DNA of 64,000 nt from Sphyrna mokarran (Eukaryota), in NCBI GenBank assembly GCA_024679065.1, contig JAGIQG010000024.1:28954001-29018000 (forward strand), in the 5' to 3' direction. Under the pieces are notes generated by a model. The model was not told the origin of the DNA. It searched no databases and saw nothing but the letters and a program-made list of their open reading frames with translations. This document shows positions 1 to 13,582 of the stretch, piece by piece. Made by a program: the position numbers and the translations under genes. The stretch's first letter is position 1. The number at the start of each line of letters is the position of its first letter.

Positions 1-3000
1 GCTGGCCTGGGAATAGTCATGGGGGCCATGATGGGGCTTTGGAAAGGTGTTGGGGGGGTGGCTGGAGGAGCAGCACTGCAGGGGTCCCGGGCTGGCCAGT
101 GATTGAGACGGCCAGCAGACAGAGAGACTGAAAGATTGGGACCAGTGCGTACGCACGGAGTTCGGGAGCTCTCAAACTCCAGCGCGAATAGGCTCCCCTC
201 TCTGGGTTTTTAATAAGATTCACAACCGGGACCTCTGCAGTGCACAGAATGGGGAGATTTGGGTGAGAAGCTGAATTGACAAAACATTCAGGATTTAGAA
301 CAATCTTCCTGCCAATTCAGCACTTTTGGGAAAATCACAGGCTACGTTGCAAGTTTGATCTACTTGTGATCAATAAATAAACTTTACCATAATCAGCCTG
401 CACCCAGAAATGGATTATTTAGTTGAATATTTTAAGCATAGAAAATATAAAAATCCTACAGTGTAAAAGGAGGTCCTTCGGCCCATTGAATTTCACCGAC
501 AGCAATCCCACCCCGTATCCTATCCCCACAACCTCACACATTTACCCTGCTGATCCCTCTAACATACACACCCCGGGACACTAAGGGGCAATTTAGGAGA
601 CTTGTGTGCCTTAATTTTTTTATCTTTGCTGCTTGGTTGGAGTTCCTTGGTCTCAGGAAATACAGCAGCTAAAAGAAGGAGACAGCTACTGCATGTAAAA
701 TACAAGTGATTTTCCAGCACTGCTGGTGAGCCAGGCTGATCAGCAGGAAATCTTCCCAAAGGAAGTCCAGGGAAAGCTGTTTCTCTCCCCATGATGAGAA
801 CAACTCCCCCACCCCTTCCCAACAATCACTGCTTTCCACCCTATGACCCTACAATCAACATCAACCATCAACTCAGTTCTAACCCAAATTGTCTCCCATG
901 CCATATAATGACACCCAACCCTCCGATTACCTGCGCACTCATCCCTCGCTATCTCCGAGCAATTGGAAACCATTTACTTCTGGACTGAGACCTCTTGAAC
1001 ATTATCCACCTAACAGAACCAATGCTGGCAATCTTCTAGCTTCCAGGTGTGGTGCCTACTGCAAAGAAACATGCACACTGCGGAGTTAATGTTGTGCTCG
1101 GACAAAGTGGACTTTCCCAAACAAAATCCCTCCTCATAATTCAACATTCTGTTCCAGTAAATACCAGGGTCACAGTCTGGATTGTATTCTGCATTCATTA
1201 TTGGTATTTACAGCTGCAGGAAATTGCAGGAAAACTTCTAACGTTTGCAAAAAAATAAAATTGCTCAGATTTTGTAGTGGGAATGAACGTTCTCTTCGCT
1301 AAAACTAACAGCACATCCGGAATGTGTTAACACACAGAATAATGCGGAAATCTGAATATTTCGATCAGTATTGTTGACGGAAGTAGCACGTTCCTCCAGA
1401 AGTGCTGCAGAAGTCCCCACAGAGTATAATTCCTAAACAATCAGCGAATTGACAAAAACGTCCATTCTTACATAGCTAGTTTCACTCTAAAATGCTTGAA
1501 AATGTTCAACAGACTTTGTTAAATTGGAGCAATTGTGTTTGCAAGGATACCGAGTTGATTTTTTGTTATCCATTCGTGGGACGTGGGTGTTGCTGCCTAG
1601 TCAGCATTTATTGACCATTACCAGTTGCCCTTGGAGGATAGTTGAGAGTCAACCATATTGCTGTGGCTCTGGTGTCACATGTAGGCCAGACCAGGTAAGG
1701 ACAGCAGATTTCCTTCTCTAAAGAACATCAGTAAATCAGATAGGTTTTTACAACAATCAACAGTGGTTTCATGGTTATCAGCTGATTCTAAATTCCAGAT
1801 TTTTTTTTACTGAATTCATGTTCCGCCCTCTGCTGAGGCTGGATTTGAACCCAAGTCCCCAGAACATTGGCTGAGTTTCTGGATTAATAGTTTCACAATT
1901 ATACCACTCGTCCATTGCCACCCCTAATTTACTGTTCAACCCACTCACTGGCCCAGAAAAGTCAGTTTATAATTGTGGAATGTGTCCATTATGTTAAAAA
2001 ATATCCCACATATTTTTAAATTAATATATTTTTAAAAAACATTTGTTTATTTTTATTTTAGTTGAAATTTGAAATTAATAGTGGATTTCATCAGAGCTGA
2101 TGAGAGCCATGTAGACTTGAAGGATTGGCTCCATTCTCTCCCCAAAGAAATCAAGGGGCCTGGATAACAGAGATCAATAATCGGCCCCTTTCCCCACCAT
2201 TTTACCCCTTATATATTTATTTGCAGGATATGGGTGTTGCTAGCTGGCCAGCATTTATTAACCATCCCTAGTTACCCAAGGGCAGTTGAGAGTCAATCAT
2301 ATTGCTGTAGATTGGGAGTGACATGTAGGCCAGACCAGGTAAGGACAGCATATTTCCTTCCCTAAAGGATATTTGTGAACCAGATAGGTTTTTCCAACGA
2401 TCGACAATGGTTTCATGGTCATCAGTAGATGCTTAATTCCAGATATTTTTTATTGAATTCACATTTCAGCATCTGTGGTGGTGAGATTCAAAACTTGCTC
2501 CCCAGGACATTAGCTGAGTTTCTGAATTAATAATCTAACAATAATATCACTTGACTGTGCCCCCCCCTACTATTTATATGACTGCACAAAAATATTGGAT
2601 TACTTTTACATTAGCTGTCTGTCTCTTCTCGCACTTCTCTTCCCATCTCTAATTAGTTTTCCTCACTTCTCCTCTGCTTTTTCCATGATTCTTAATTGTG
2701 TTACCTGTTCTAGGCAAAGATTTTTCTGCTTTCTCTTATTCTGTATTTCATTGGTCACCTATACGCTCTGGATTTGTTTGTTATTATCTGCCTTGTGGAA
2801 ATGCACTTTGTCAATATCAAAGCTGCCTCCTCTTTAATACAGTGCATTTTTTTCCATTACAGTTTCAATTCCAATTTGTCTGGGCCAGATCCATTCCACT
2901 CCATTAAGGTGTCTCTCCGCCCACCTTCCCCATTAATTATTTTTACACTAGATTGCTCCTTATCATTTTACCCAACTTAAATCTTATGATATTCAATATC

Positions 3001-3381
3001 CTCCATATGTTCAACTGACACTTGATCCATTTGACCCACTTCCTCTCCCGAACCAGTTCTAGCAATCCCTCCTTCCTCACTGTACTGGAAACTTACTGAT
3101 CTAGGACATTCTCCAAAATTCTCTAGAAACTTTTACCTTTCTCTGCCCTCTAAATTATCACTAGCCCAGTCGCAATAAGGACAATTTTAATATGATTTGC
3201 CTTGATTTGATGTGATCTATCATTGTCACATGTATTAACATACAGTGAAAAGTATTGTTTCTTGCATGCTGTATAGTCAAGGCAAACCGTTCATATAGAA
3301 GGAAATGGAGACTCCATTATAACTGCGAGATAATTCTATAAACCTTACATTTCACTGTCACTTCCTGGCAAATTTGTTCCT

Positions 3382-3528
3382 GATGTGGAGATGCCGGCGT
3401 TGGACTGGGGTAAAACAGTAAGAAATCCCACAATACCAGTTTAAAGTCCAAACAGGTTTATTTGTAGCAAAAGCCGCAAACTTTCGGGACAGCCTATCCT
3501 TTCATCAGGTGTCTACGCGTTCTAGGAG
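3382..3528 (-). mobile_element. Short Penelope-derived insert with 12-bp TSD
   Basis: pLTR sequence (gatgtggagatgccggcgttggactgggg...) flanked by AAATTTGTTCCT at 3370-3381 and 3529-3540. Confidence 0.75.
3475..3511 (-). ncRNA. Minimal hammerhead ribozyme motif, degenerate
   Basis: Reverse complement CAC-CTGATGA-AAGGA(TAGGCTG)TCCC-GAAA-GTTT-GCG. Confidence 0.5.
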
Positions 3529-3761
3529 AAATTTGTTCCTCCATATCTTTCCCACTGGTTGGTGATCTATAGAATATTTCCTGTAATATAAAGATACCTC
3601 TATTATTTCTTAGCTCTAACCACGTTGTTCTGTCTCACCCCTCTGCGACATCTTCTCCCCTTCATCAATAATCAACCCTTCATGCTTTCTTCCCATCCCT
3701 ATTTTTCCTGAACACTTTGTCACCAGGGTATTTAATATTCCATCCCACCTTCCTTTGAGCC

Positions 3762-3895
3762 GGGGTGGAATTTTCCGGCCCACTCACTCGCCACCAGGAT
3801 CATTCAGTCCTGCTAAAAGTCAATGGAATTCTGATTGACCCGCCACATTCCCTCACAGTGGGCCCCAGCACGGTGGGACTGGAAAAACCCAGCCC
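3762..3895. mobile_element. MITE-like element of about 134 bp
   Basis: Imperfect TIRs GGGTGGAATTTTCCGGCCC / GGGACTGGAAAAACCCAGCCC; related copy at about 48310-48434. Confidence 0.55.
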
Positions 3896-4505
3896 TGGTC
3901 TCTGTTATTTCCACAATAAAGGTAAGAATCAGGAGCATGTGGAGGCTGTGCAGCCCCTCCAGACTGTTCAATAAGATCAGGGATGGCTTTGTAGTCTAAC
4001 TCAGCATCTCCCAGGTCTCTCAGCTTCCTTTCAGCTCAACAATTTATCAACGTCAGTTTTGAAAATATTCAATGACCGAGCAACCATTGCCCCTCTGGGG
4101 TAGAAAATTCCAAAGGTAAGAGAGGGTACCTCAGAGATGAAAGGCATTAACTGGTGCACAGTGATCCGATCCCCAATGGATGTTAATCACGACAGAGACA
4201 TGGGGAAGTAGTGTCAGTTTATTTAGCATCAGCTGGACACTGTCACCAAGTGAAAGAATCTGTGTATTGCAGATTGACCTGACAACAACCTGAACCATAA
4301 CTTGCATTTATATAGCACCACCAACATAAAGAAAAAGAAACATCCCTGGTTCTTCGCAGTTCGGCACTGAACGAATGAAAGCAATGTGAGGAGGGGTTCG
4401 TGCAAGCTTTATCAAAGGGTTATTTCATAAGGAGAGTCGGAAAGAAAGAGAGGAATGTCGAGGGGAAGAATGGGTTAGGAGGAGTTAGGGCCCAGGCAAC
4501 TGAAG

Positions 4506-4795
4506 ATAAGTTTATTTGTTAGTGTCACAAGTAGGCTTACATTAACACTGCAATGAAATTACTGTGAAATTCCCCTAGTCGCCACATTCTGGTACATGTT
4601 CGGGTACACTGAAGGAGAATTTAGCATAATCAATGCACCTAACCAACAAACTTGTGAGAGGAAATTGGAGCACCCGACAAAAACCCACGCAGACAAGGGG
4701 AAAATGTGCACAGACAGTGACCGAAGCCAGGAATCAAACCTGGGTCACTGGTGCTGTGAGACAGCAGTGCTAACCACTGTGACACCGTGCCACTC
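4506..4795 (-). mobile_element. V-SINE (tail type b)
   Basis: tRNA-like head GGCACGGTG..AGTGGTTAGCACTGCTG, V-domain, tail ...CATTGCAGTGTTAATGTAAGCCTACTTGTGAC. Confidence 0.85.
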
Positions 4796-5301
4796 TGGTA
4801 TGGCCAATAACAGTGGGATGAAGGGAGTAGGGAGCACACAGAAAGCCAGAGTTCATAGAATGTTTTTAGGAGTGGAGCAAGTTAATGTGATAGGAAAATG
4901 CAAGCACTTGACAAGATGTGACATGATCCAAGAGGCAAAAAGAGAGTTCAGCCCAGTATCCTTACTGCCCCATGTTTAATAGTGCTCTACTTTAAGGTGT
5001 ACAGGAGAAGTTCAGAGCAATATTCTTATTTTATACTGTTTTTTCCCTCCTGGGAAGAATGAACATTTTAAATCAAAAGAATCCTGAAGCATAATTATTT
5101 TTCTCATACTTTACAAGTTAAAATTGTGCTGATATGATTGAGGCTGAGAATCCTGAACATCGGAGAAAATGAGTGTAGAGAAGAAAATTAAAGTATTCCG
5201 TATATACACCTCGGAGGAAATGTGGAGCCAGGTTTCTTTACTCTGCAATGAAAAATAAACAATATTAAGTGAGCATCAAAGCTCAGAAGAAGCAGGTATA
5301 A

Positions 5302-6900
5302 ATGCCTTTAATTGGGAAGATTGAGTCATTTGATCCAGCAGTTGAAAACTGCTGTATTGAAAGACTGTGTTATTTCTTTGTAGCTAGTGAGATCACTGCA
5401 GAGGCAAAATGAAAGCTTATACTACTGACAGCTTGTGGCTCATTAACCCTAACCCTAAACCTAATGGAGCCTAGTAAGGAGCATAACATCAGTTGACACT
5501 TCAGACACAAGCTGTTCGGGCCCCACTGCCAGTGCAAACGAGATGTAGAGATGCCGGCGTTGGACTGGGGTAAACACAGTAAGAAGTCTCATAATACCAG
5601 GATAAAGTTCAAGCAATTTATTTGATAGTAATCCCACAAGCTTGTGGGATTACTATCAAATAAACTGGTTGGACTTAAACCTGGTGTTGTGAGACTTCTT
5701 ACAATGCAAACGAGGATACAGAATTTGGCCCTCAGCTGGGACCAGGGTATCCAGTGGCCAGAGAATTTCAACCAAAATCTTATGACCAGATGGTGGAAAT
5801 GGTCAAAGATAACTTTAAGTTCCAACCTTTGGTCATCATGTGGGGGTATAAACTTCATTCTGCAGGGGAACCAGGCGAGACTATTTCTGTTTTAATGGCC
5901 CAGTTGGGAGGGTTAGCAAAGCAGTGCAAATTTAGCCACTCTAGAGGAGATGTTTAAGAGACTGTTTGATCTGCAGAATCTACAAAAAAAGCTACAGGCT
6001 GAGACTAAATTCCAAAAGCTGTATAGATGGCCCAGCTGATTAAATGTGCTGGACACATCTTAAATGAATTACAAAGATTGCCCCCCAACAAGGTGTGCCA
6101 TTTGTGGTAGAAATGGCGAGGAACAGCCCAAGGGAAGATGCAGCAGAGCATGAGAAAAGGAATACAGCATGGGGGGTGGAAGCTTGTTTTCAATGTTGGG
6201 CAGCTCACTCCTAAGAAACTTGCCAGCTCAAAAATTACACATGCTTCCTTTGCAACAGGAAGGATCATCTATAAATGTGGGTCAGAACAAAGCAGGTAGG
6301 ACAGGATTCATAAAAATAAAACATCGGTTACTTTAGCACTGTTAGAAGAACTGGCTAAGAAGTCCAACAAGAGATCCAAGTCATATACTTTAAATCAGGT
6401 CCAACTCAGTAATAAATAAACTTGTATTTTGTATCTGACAGTAAATATTGAACTCCTCCATCCCAAATATTTGATATTTCCAGGCAGTCTAAATTTTATC
6501 TGTTTCAACCAGTCCTGATCGATGAGACAGTCTGTGACTCTCAGTCGCTGGAACAGGCAATTGTGCTGTTTGTTTTCTGTTGGATACTGTAGAAATAGCT
6601 TTGATGGTCATCAGCAGCTTCCCTAAAGTGGAAGTCGACACAGGAGCCATGGCCACAGTCACAGGGGAACAAGCATTGTGATTCCTTCAATAAAGCTCGG
6701 CACTTCCTGAGGGTGAGTAGCTCAGAAGACATTTTTTCTGCTTATACAGGAGAGATGTTGAAGATAGCAGGGTTAGTTACAGTAACAGTATCCAACAGAA
6801 AACAGACAGCACAATTGCCTGTTCCAGCGACTGAGAGTCACAGACTTTGTCTTATCGATCAGGACTGGTTGAAACAGATAAAATTTAGACTGCCTGGAAA
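5302..6900 (+). mobile_element. Decayed Gypsy LTR-retrotransposon gag and aspartic protease
   Basis: MPLIGKIESFD...IERL.YFF, KSYDQMVEMVKDNF...GETIS...LAKQCKF (gag), EVDTGA at 6631-6648 and AYTGE...LIDQDWLKQI (protease); stops, frameshifts and nested inserts. Confidence 0.8.
5543..5704. mobile_element. Palindromic head-to-head Penelope pLTR insert with 10-bp TSD
   Basis: Arms 5579-5640 and 5641-5702 are inverted about AAG|CTT; TGCAAACGAG at 5533-5542 and 5705-5714. Confidence 0.85.
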
Positions 6901-6967
6901 TATCAAATATTTGGGATGGAGGAGTTCAATATTTACTGTCAGATACAAAATACAAGTTTATTTATTA
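6410..6967. repeat. Inverted duplication of about 181 bp (6410-6590 versus 6785-6967)
   Basis: Arms are reverse complements with only two substitutions and one 2-nt indel seen; 194-bp spacer. Confidence 0.9.
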
Positions 6968-7700
6968 GTGTTATAAGTAAGGCTTACATTAACACTGTAA
7001 TGAAGTTATTGTGAAAATCCTCTAGTTGCCACACTCTGGCGCCTGTTTGGCTACACTGAGGGAGAATTTTAACATTGCAAATGCACCTAATGAACATATC
7101 TTTTGGGCGGGGAGACGAAACCGGACCACGCAGAGCAAACCCACACAAACACAGGGGAAACATACAGACTCCACACAGACAGTGACCCCTGAGAACATCT
7201 GCAAAATGAAAGGACACAGGCGACCCTGTCTGTCCCCACAAGGACTATCCTCCGCTGAAGTTGTGTAAAAGTAAAATTTCTTCTGCGCAGGAAAAAGATG
7301 GCCACAAGAGGGAGCCAATGTTCTAGTTGACAATCTGACTGACTACAAAAGCTTTTTTTCATATTCTTAGAACCACAGAATCCATACAGTACAGAAGGAG
7401 GCCATTTGGCCCATTGAGTCTGCACTGACCACAAGCCCAGTCACACACTATCACCATAACCCCACATATTTATCCTACTAATCTCCCTGACATCCCCCTA
7501 ACACTAAGGAGCAATTTTGTGTGGCCAATCAACCTAAGCTGCGTGTTTTTGGACTGTGGGAGGAAACCAGCACATCCAGAGGAAACCCACACAGAGACAG
7601 AGAGAATGTGCAGACTCTGCACAGACAATGACCCAAAGCTGGAATTGAACTCAAGTCCCTGTTGCTGCGAGACTGAAGTGCTAACCACCATGCCGCCCCT
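6953..7700 (-). mobile_element. Two V-SINEs (6953-7190 tail b; 7368-7700 tail a)
   Basis: V-domain GTCTGTGTGGAGT.TGCA..TTCTCCC.GTGTCTGCGTGGGTTTCCTC in both. Confidence 0.85.
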
Positions 7701-9869
7701 TCAAGATCCTGCAGCAACTTTGCTCTCCATATGGTGGATTCTGTGTTCAGCGGTTAGTGGGTTGAAAGAAGACAAGTTACATGGAGTTCCCTGAGCAGCA
7801 GACAAGGCCTTTTTGATGTGATTTCCTTAAAGCGTAGCTGACAATCATACAGAAACTGTGGAGCCAGGGATAGGTTGGACTGTGCGGGAAATCATGGAAG
7901 TGATCCTTGATTGGACCACAACATTGTGTTATGGAAAACCCTTTCAATGAAAGCCCCAGGGATTCTGTGCCCTTCCAGAGGGTTAGTCTGCCACACCAGT
8001 GGAACAACAAGCATTTGACCAGCTGAAGATACTTTGTATTCACAGTTTAATTTTCAAATGTATAATTTTGGGTCATCTGCATTGTTTCTCAATATACAAC
8101 AACCCAAAGCAAAGTTTAAAAACTTACCAATAAACATTAAGAAATGTGGTGCTCACATCAAGGTTAAAGGATACTAAGCAGAAGTGGCCAAAACTTTAGG
8201 CCTCACTTTCATGCTTTCCCAAGGATGCATGGGAACACTACCAACTGCAAGTTCTCTTCCAAGTCACTCATCATCCTAACTTAGAAATATATCGCTGTTC
8301 CTTCACCATGACAGGGTCAAACATCCTCCCAAACCGCACAATGGATGTACTAACACCACATGGACTGCAATGACTCAAGAAGGCAACTCACCATTACCTT
8401 CTCAAGGGCAGTTAGGGATAAGTAATAAATATTGGCTTTGTCATTGATACTCACACCCATGAATGAATAAAAAATAGTTTTTGAGTGTGTGGCAAGCGGG
8501 TTTACCAGGATTGATTTGTGAATACATGAATAAATAAGTAGAATTCATACGTATTTAGGATAGTATGTTTTAGAATTGAGAAAGTGGAACACATATTCAT
8601 GTAAAGCCATTTTTACTCTGAGATCTTAAAGCATATGCATGGCCAGTATGAGCTGATAGCATTGGTTTCAATAGGCTTGTGCCATGATAATATTAAAACC
8701 CAGGGCTTTTCAACTTCTCTTTACACACAGGACAGATAAGAAAAAACTTTAAAGAAATTTTCAAAGGAACTTCTAAAGTGTTTATTGTCTCACCTTATCT
8801 ATGCAGGAGATATTCTTGGATCTGTAGAAGGACCACAGAAGCATACAATGCATGAAGAGACGATTCGGCCCATTGAATCTGCACTAACCACAATCCCACT
8901 CAAGCCCTATCCCATAACCTCACACATTTATCCTACCTAGTCCCCCTGACCTTAAGTGGCAATTTTAGCGTGGCCAATCCAGCTAACCCTCACATCTTTG
9001 GGCTGTAGGAAGAAACCTACACAGACACAGGGAGAATGTGCAAACTCCACGCAAACAGTCTCTCAAGCTGGGAGTCGAACCCGGGCCCCTGTGCTGCTGT
9101 GTCACTTCAGTGAGATCCAAAACTTTATCTATGTTTCTCTCCACAGCTGCTGCCAGACCTGCTGAGCTTTTCCAGCACTTTCTGTTTTTATTCCAGATTT
9201 GATGACAGGGATCATGGGTAGAAGTGGGAACATCGAGATGGCGGTGCAGGCTCGTTGGGCCGAAGGGCCTTTTTCCCGTGCTGTTTTGCTCTTTGTTCTT
9301 TGTTCCAGCATCTGCAGCATTATGCTTTCAGTCTTAGATCTTACCTCAGCAAATTAGAAAAATCAGAGTTCAAAAAATGTATTCTTTTATTAAAAGTTTA
9401 AAGTTGGCTCATTTATTAAGATTAGGACGATGAGAACAGATATACGTGGGTATGAAGCTTGAAGGCATCGGAGACATAGAGGTGTCTATGCTCTGCTGAA
9501 AGCAAATGGAAGACTGAAACTGGATCACATGACATATTTTCTTTGTAGTGATGCCATGCCACAATCCCTAACTGGCACATTTCAACATTCCCCTTTTTTT
9601 TGAAAGATACACCACTTCCTTCAATTCCCAAAGAAGTGTAACTATTTACAATACATGATCATCTTTAGTTACTATTACAAAAGTGTATAGGATTGATGAA
9701 TCTATGAGTCTCTAAAGCCTTCTGTAGATGCACCCAGATCTAGTAATAGTAATGTTGTTTAGAGGTTTCCACAGTGATCTGTCATTCTTGAACATTGCTC
9801 TTGGTTGCACTTGGGATTTAGTTCTTGCTGCAATAGAACTGTGTAACGGTTGAGGGGTTGGAATGGATC

Positions 9870-10605
9870 TGATTTGTCCTTGGCTACCCCTTACTGTCGT
9901 AGCTCTGTGTGCAATAACTTCACAGATGTTGGTTCTGAAGAAATCAGAGTTTATGTGCATAAGTCATTAAAGGTGACAAGTTGACAGATTGGCTAATAAA
10001 ACAGGCAGTGTTTAAGGCTTTGTTAGGAGAGGCATGGTGCGCAAGAGCAAGGAGGTTATGTTGAGCTTGTATCAGTTAGCTAGATCTCAGCTGGAATACT
10101 GTATACTGTGCTGGGCACCAAACTTAAAAAGGATGTGAACACATTGGTGAGAGTACTAAAGAGGTTACAAGAATAATTTTAGAGATGAGAAACTCCAATA
10201 ATGAAGCTGGATTGGAGAGGTTGGGACTGTTTTCCTCAAAGAAGAGACACCTAAGATAAGATTGAAAGAAGCATTCAAAATCATGAGGGACCCGAATATA
10301 ATAGATAGGAAGAAAGTGTTCCCATTGGCAGAAAGATCAAGAATCAGATTTAAGGTAACTGATAAAAGAAACAAAAGTGATAAGAAAGCAAGTGAATCAT
10401 CAGGATCTGGAATGCATTGCCTGAGAGTGTGATAGAGATAGGTTTAATCGAGGCATTCAAGAGGGCATTAGATGATTATTTGAAAAGGAACAATGTATAG
10501 GGATACGGGGAGAAGGCTGAAGAATTACACTAAATTAGATGCTTATTCAGAAAACTAATTCAGACACAATAGGCCAAATGGCCTCTTTGCTGTAATAATT
10601 CTGTG
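9870..10605 (+). mobile_element. Old CR1-clade LINE 3' fragment
   Basis: Degenerate RT C-terminus (ctggaatactgt..., tggaatgcattgcctgag) and CR1 tail. Confidence 0.75.
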
Positions 10606-10664
10606 GAATCATTGTCAAATTGGCTGTTTGTCTCAAACATTCCGAGAGACCTTGGATGTAAAGT

Positions 10665-10960
10665 CAAAGTTAATTTATTAGTCACAAGTAGGCTTACATT
10701 AACACAGCAATGACGTCACTACGAAAATCCCCTAGATGCCACACTCCAGCACCTGTTCAGGTACACTGAGGGGGAGTTTAGCATGGTCAATGCACCTAAC
10801 CAGATCATCTTTGGAGTGTGGGAGGAAACCACAGCACCCAGAGGAAACCCACGCAGACATAGGGAGAACATGCAAACTCCACACAAACAGTGACCCAAAG
10901 TGGGAATCAAACCCAGGTCCCTGGCATGTGAGACAGCAGTGCTAACCACTGTGCCACCTG
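10665..10960 (-). mobile_element. V-SINE (tail b)
   Basis: Full head, V-domain and tail. Confidence 0.85.
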
Positions 10961-11259
10961 GATGTAAGCTTTCTGTCCCAACTGTAAATTTGGAAATCCT
11001 ATATTGTCATTTTTATCATGCATGTGGTCATCTTATCTTGAGGTTTTAAATGTTACTCTGTAGTTTCTAAGACAGTAGAATGCATAAGAGTAGGTAAATT
11101 AGTATGCCCTAATTGATAAAAATGAGCAGTGCAGGTAATGGAGTTGTTGCTCTGAAAGTGGCACACTCGATGTAGCACTGCAATGTCTAGATCTTATTCA
11201 GTCTGTCTACATTTGAGATTTAGAGATTTTACTATGTGAATCATTAATTTAGCTAGGCA

Positions 11260-12368
11260 ATTAGATTTAGAGTAATGAGAAACAAATGTAGAGTAATCAA
11301 TATTTCAAGGTTGCAGGAATATACCAGCAGGCAGGAAGGTGGTTTGAAGTGTGTTGACTTCAACCCCATAGCATCAAGAATAAGGTGGGTGAACTTGCAG
11401 CAGTGGTGTTCCACAAGGATCTGTTTTGGGGCCACTGCTGTTTGTCATTTTTAGAAATGACGTGAATGGGTTAGTAATTTTCTGGATGACACTAAAGTTC
11501 GGTGGAGTTGTAGACAGTACTGAAGGATGTTGCAGGTTACAGAGAAACATAGATAAGCTACAGAGCTGGGCTGAGAGGCGGCAATTGGAGTTTAATGCGG
11601 AGAAGCATGAGGTGATTCACTTTAGAAGAAGTAACAGGATTACAGAGTACTGGGCTAATGGTAAGATACTTGGTAGTGTGGATGAACAGAGAGATCTCGG
11701 TGTCCATGTACACAGATCCCTGAAAGGTGGCACCCAAGTTGATAGGGTTGTTAAGAAGGGTACAGTGTGTTAGCTTCTATTGGTAGAGGAATTGAGTTTC
11801 AGAGCGATTAGATCAAGTTACAGCTGTACAAAACTTTGGTGCAGCCGTACTTGGAGTATTGTGTATAGTTCTGGTCGCTGCATATTGGAAGAATGTGGAA
11901 TCCTTGGAAAGGATGTAGAAGAGATTTACCAGAATGTTGCTTGGTGTAGTGGGATGGTCGTATGAGGAAATGCTAAGGGATGTGAGGTGGTTTTTGTTAG
12001 AGAGAAAAAGGAAGAGAGGTGACTTAACAGAGACATATAAGATGATCAGAGGATTAGATAGGATGGACAATGAGAATCTTTTTCCTCAGATGGTGATAGC
12101 TAGTGTGAGGAGACATGGCTTTAAATTGAGGGATGATAGATGTCAGAGGTGGGTTCTTTACTCAAGAGTAGAAAGGGTGTGGAATGCCCTACCTGCAAAA
12201 GTATTGGATTCGCCAATATTAAGGATGTTTAAATAGTCATTGGATAAACATATGGATTTTATTGGAACAGTGTAGATTAGATGGGCTTTAGATTGGTTTC
12301 ACAGGTCAGCACAACATCGAAGGCCGAAGGGCCTGTACTGCGCTGTAATATTTTATATTCTATGTTCA
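11260..12368 (+). mobile_element. CR1-clade LINE 3' fragment
   Basis: GPLLFVIF, LEFNAEK.EVIHF, RGDLTETYKM; tail ggccgaagggcctgtactg...tctatgtt. Confidence 0.88.
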
Positions 12369-13210
12369 ATATTCCACTTCTCACACATATCCTGAAATGG
12401 CTTGACATTTATGACCCATTATCTGTAATTATCTCTCTAAGCCCACCAAATTGAGGTGATTTGGAATGATTGTCCCTTTAAGGGCAACACATTAGAAGAG
12501 GGTCATCTGGTTTTAGGGAGACCAATTGGAATGAGAGTGGGTATTCACCCCAGGAGATGGAGTCCTCTCTTAGGCAGAAGACAGTCTGAAGACATGTAGG
12601 GACTGTGGGCAGCGGGGTGGGCTAATCAAAGACAACCGTGAAGCTGCTGACCTCTGTGCAGTTTGTCTTATTAATAAATATCTTTTGTGTTTCTAATGAA
12701 GTCTGTGAATGTGCATCATTGCATTTACAGAATGCACAACAGTTGTATTTGATGTATTATGCAATTGTCAAATAATGGGATATTTGGAAAAGTGGTTACT
12801 GATGGGGATGAAATATGTGGGATGTAATTTTGGATCAAGGTTGGACAGGGTCAATGGCTTTTTGTGCTGACTTGGCACAGGCTCTTAACATGCCTCAAAC
12901 TTATTGACGGCGACTCAACCGTGACCTCCCAGACCCTGACTCAATCTCCCAAGCCCCAACTTGATCTTCTGGACTCTGACTTGATTTCAGCCTCCTGAGC
13001 CCTGACTCGTCCTCCCAGACCCAGACTCAACCTCAGCTTCCCGCACCCCTACTCAGCCTCTCAGGCTTTGAATTGACCTTCTCCCCACCCCCAGACTCTA
13101 TCTCAATCTCCCAGGTCCCAAATTGACCTCTCAAACCTTGATTCAACCTTCTGGGCCTTGACATGACCTCCCACGTTGCAACTCAATCTCAGCCTCCTGG
13201 GCTCCAACTT

Positions 13211-13582
13211 AGAGTCATAGAGGTTTACAGCACGGAAACAGGCCCTTCAGCCCAACTTGTCCATGCCACCCATTTTTTTAAACCCTAAGCTAATCCCAGT
13301 TGCCCGCATTTGGCCCATATCCCTCTATACCCATCGTACCTATATAACTATCTAAATGCTTTTTAAAAACCAAAGTTGTACCCACCTCTATTACACCTCT
13401 GGCCGCTTGTTCCAGATACCTATCACTCTCTATGTGAAAAAAATTGCCCCTCTGGACACTTTTGTATCTCTCCCCTCTCACCTTAAACCTATGCCCTCTA
13501 GTTTTAGACTCCCTTACCTTTGGGAAAAGATATTGACTATCTTGCTGATCTGTGTCCCTCATTATTTTATAGGCTTCTATAG
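13211..13582 (-). mobile_element. CR1-clade LINE 3' end
   Basis: ORF 13290..13613 IEAYKIM...KTRGHRFKV...FKKHLDSY. Confidence 0.85.

Noticed and set aside
12910-13210. Quasi-periodic CCTCCCAGAC/CTCAA motifs as a CRISPR-like or coding repeat
   Set aside because: Degenerate low-complexity repeat with no constant repeat-spacer structure; eukaryotic context.
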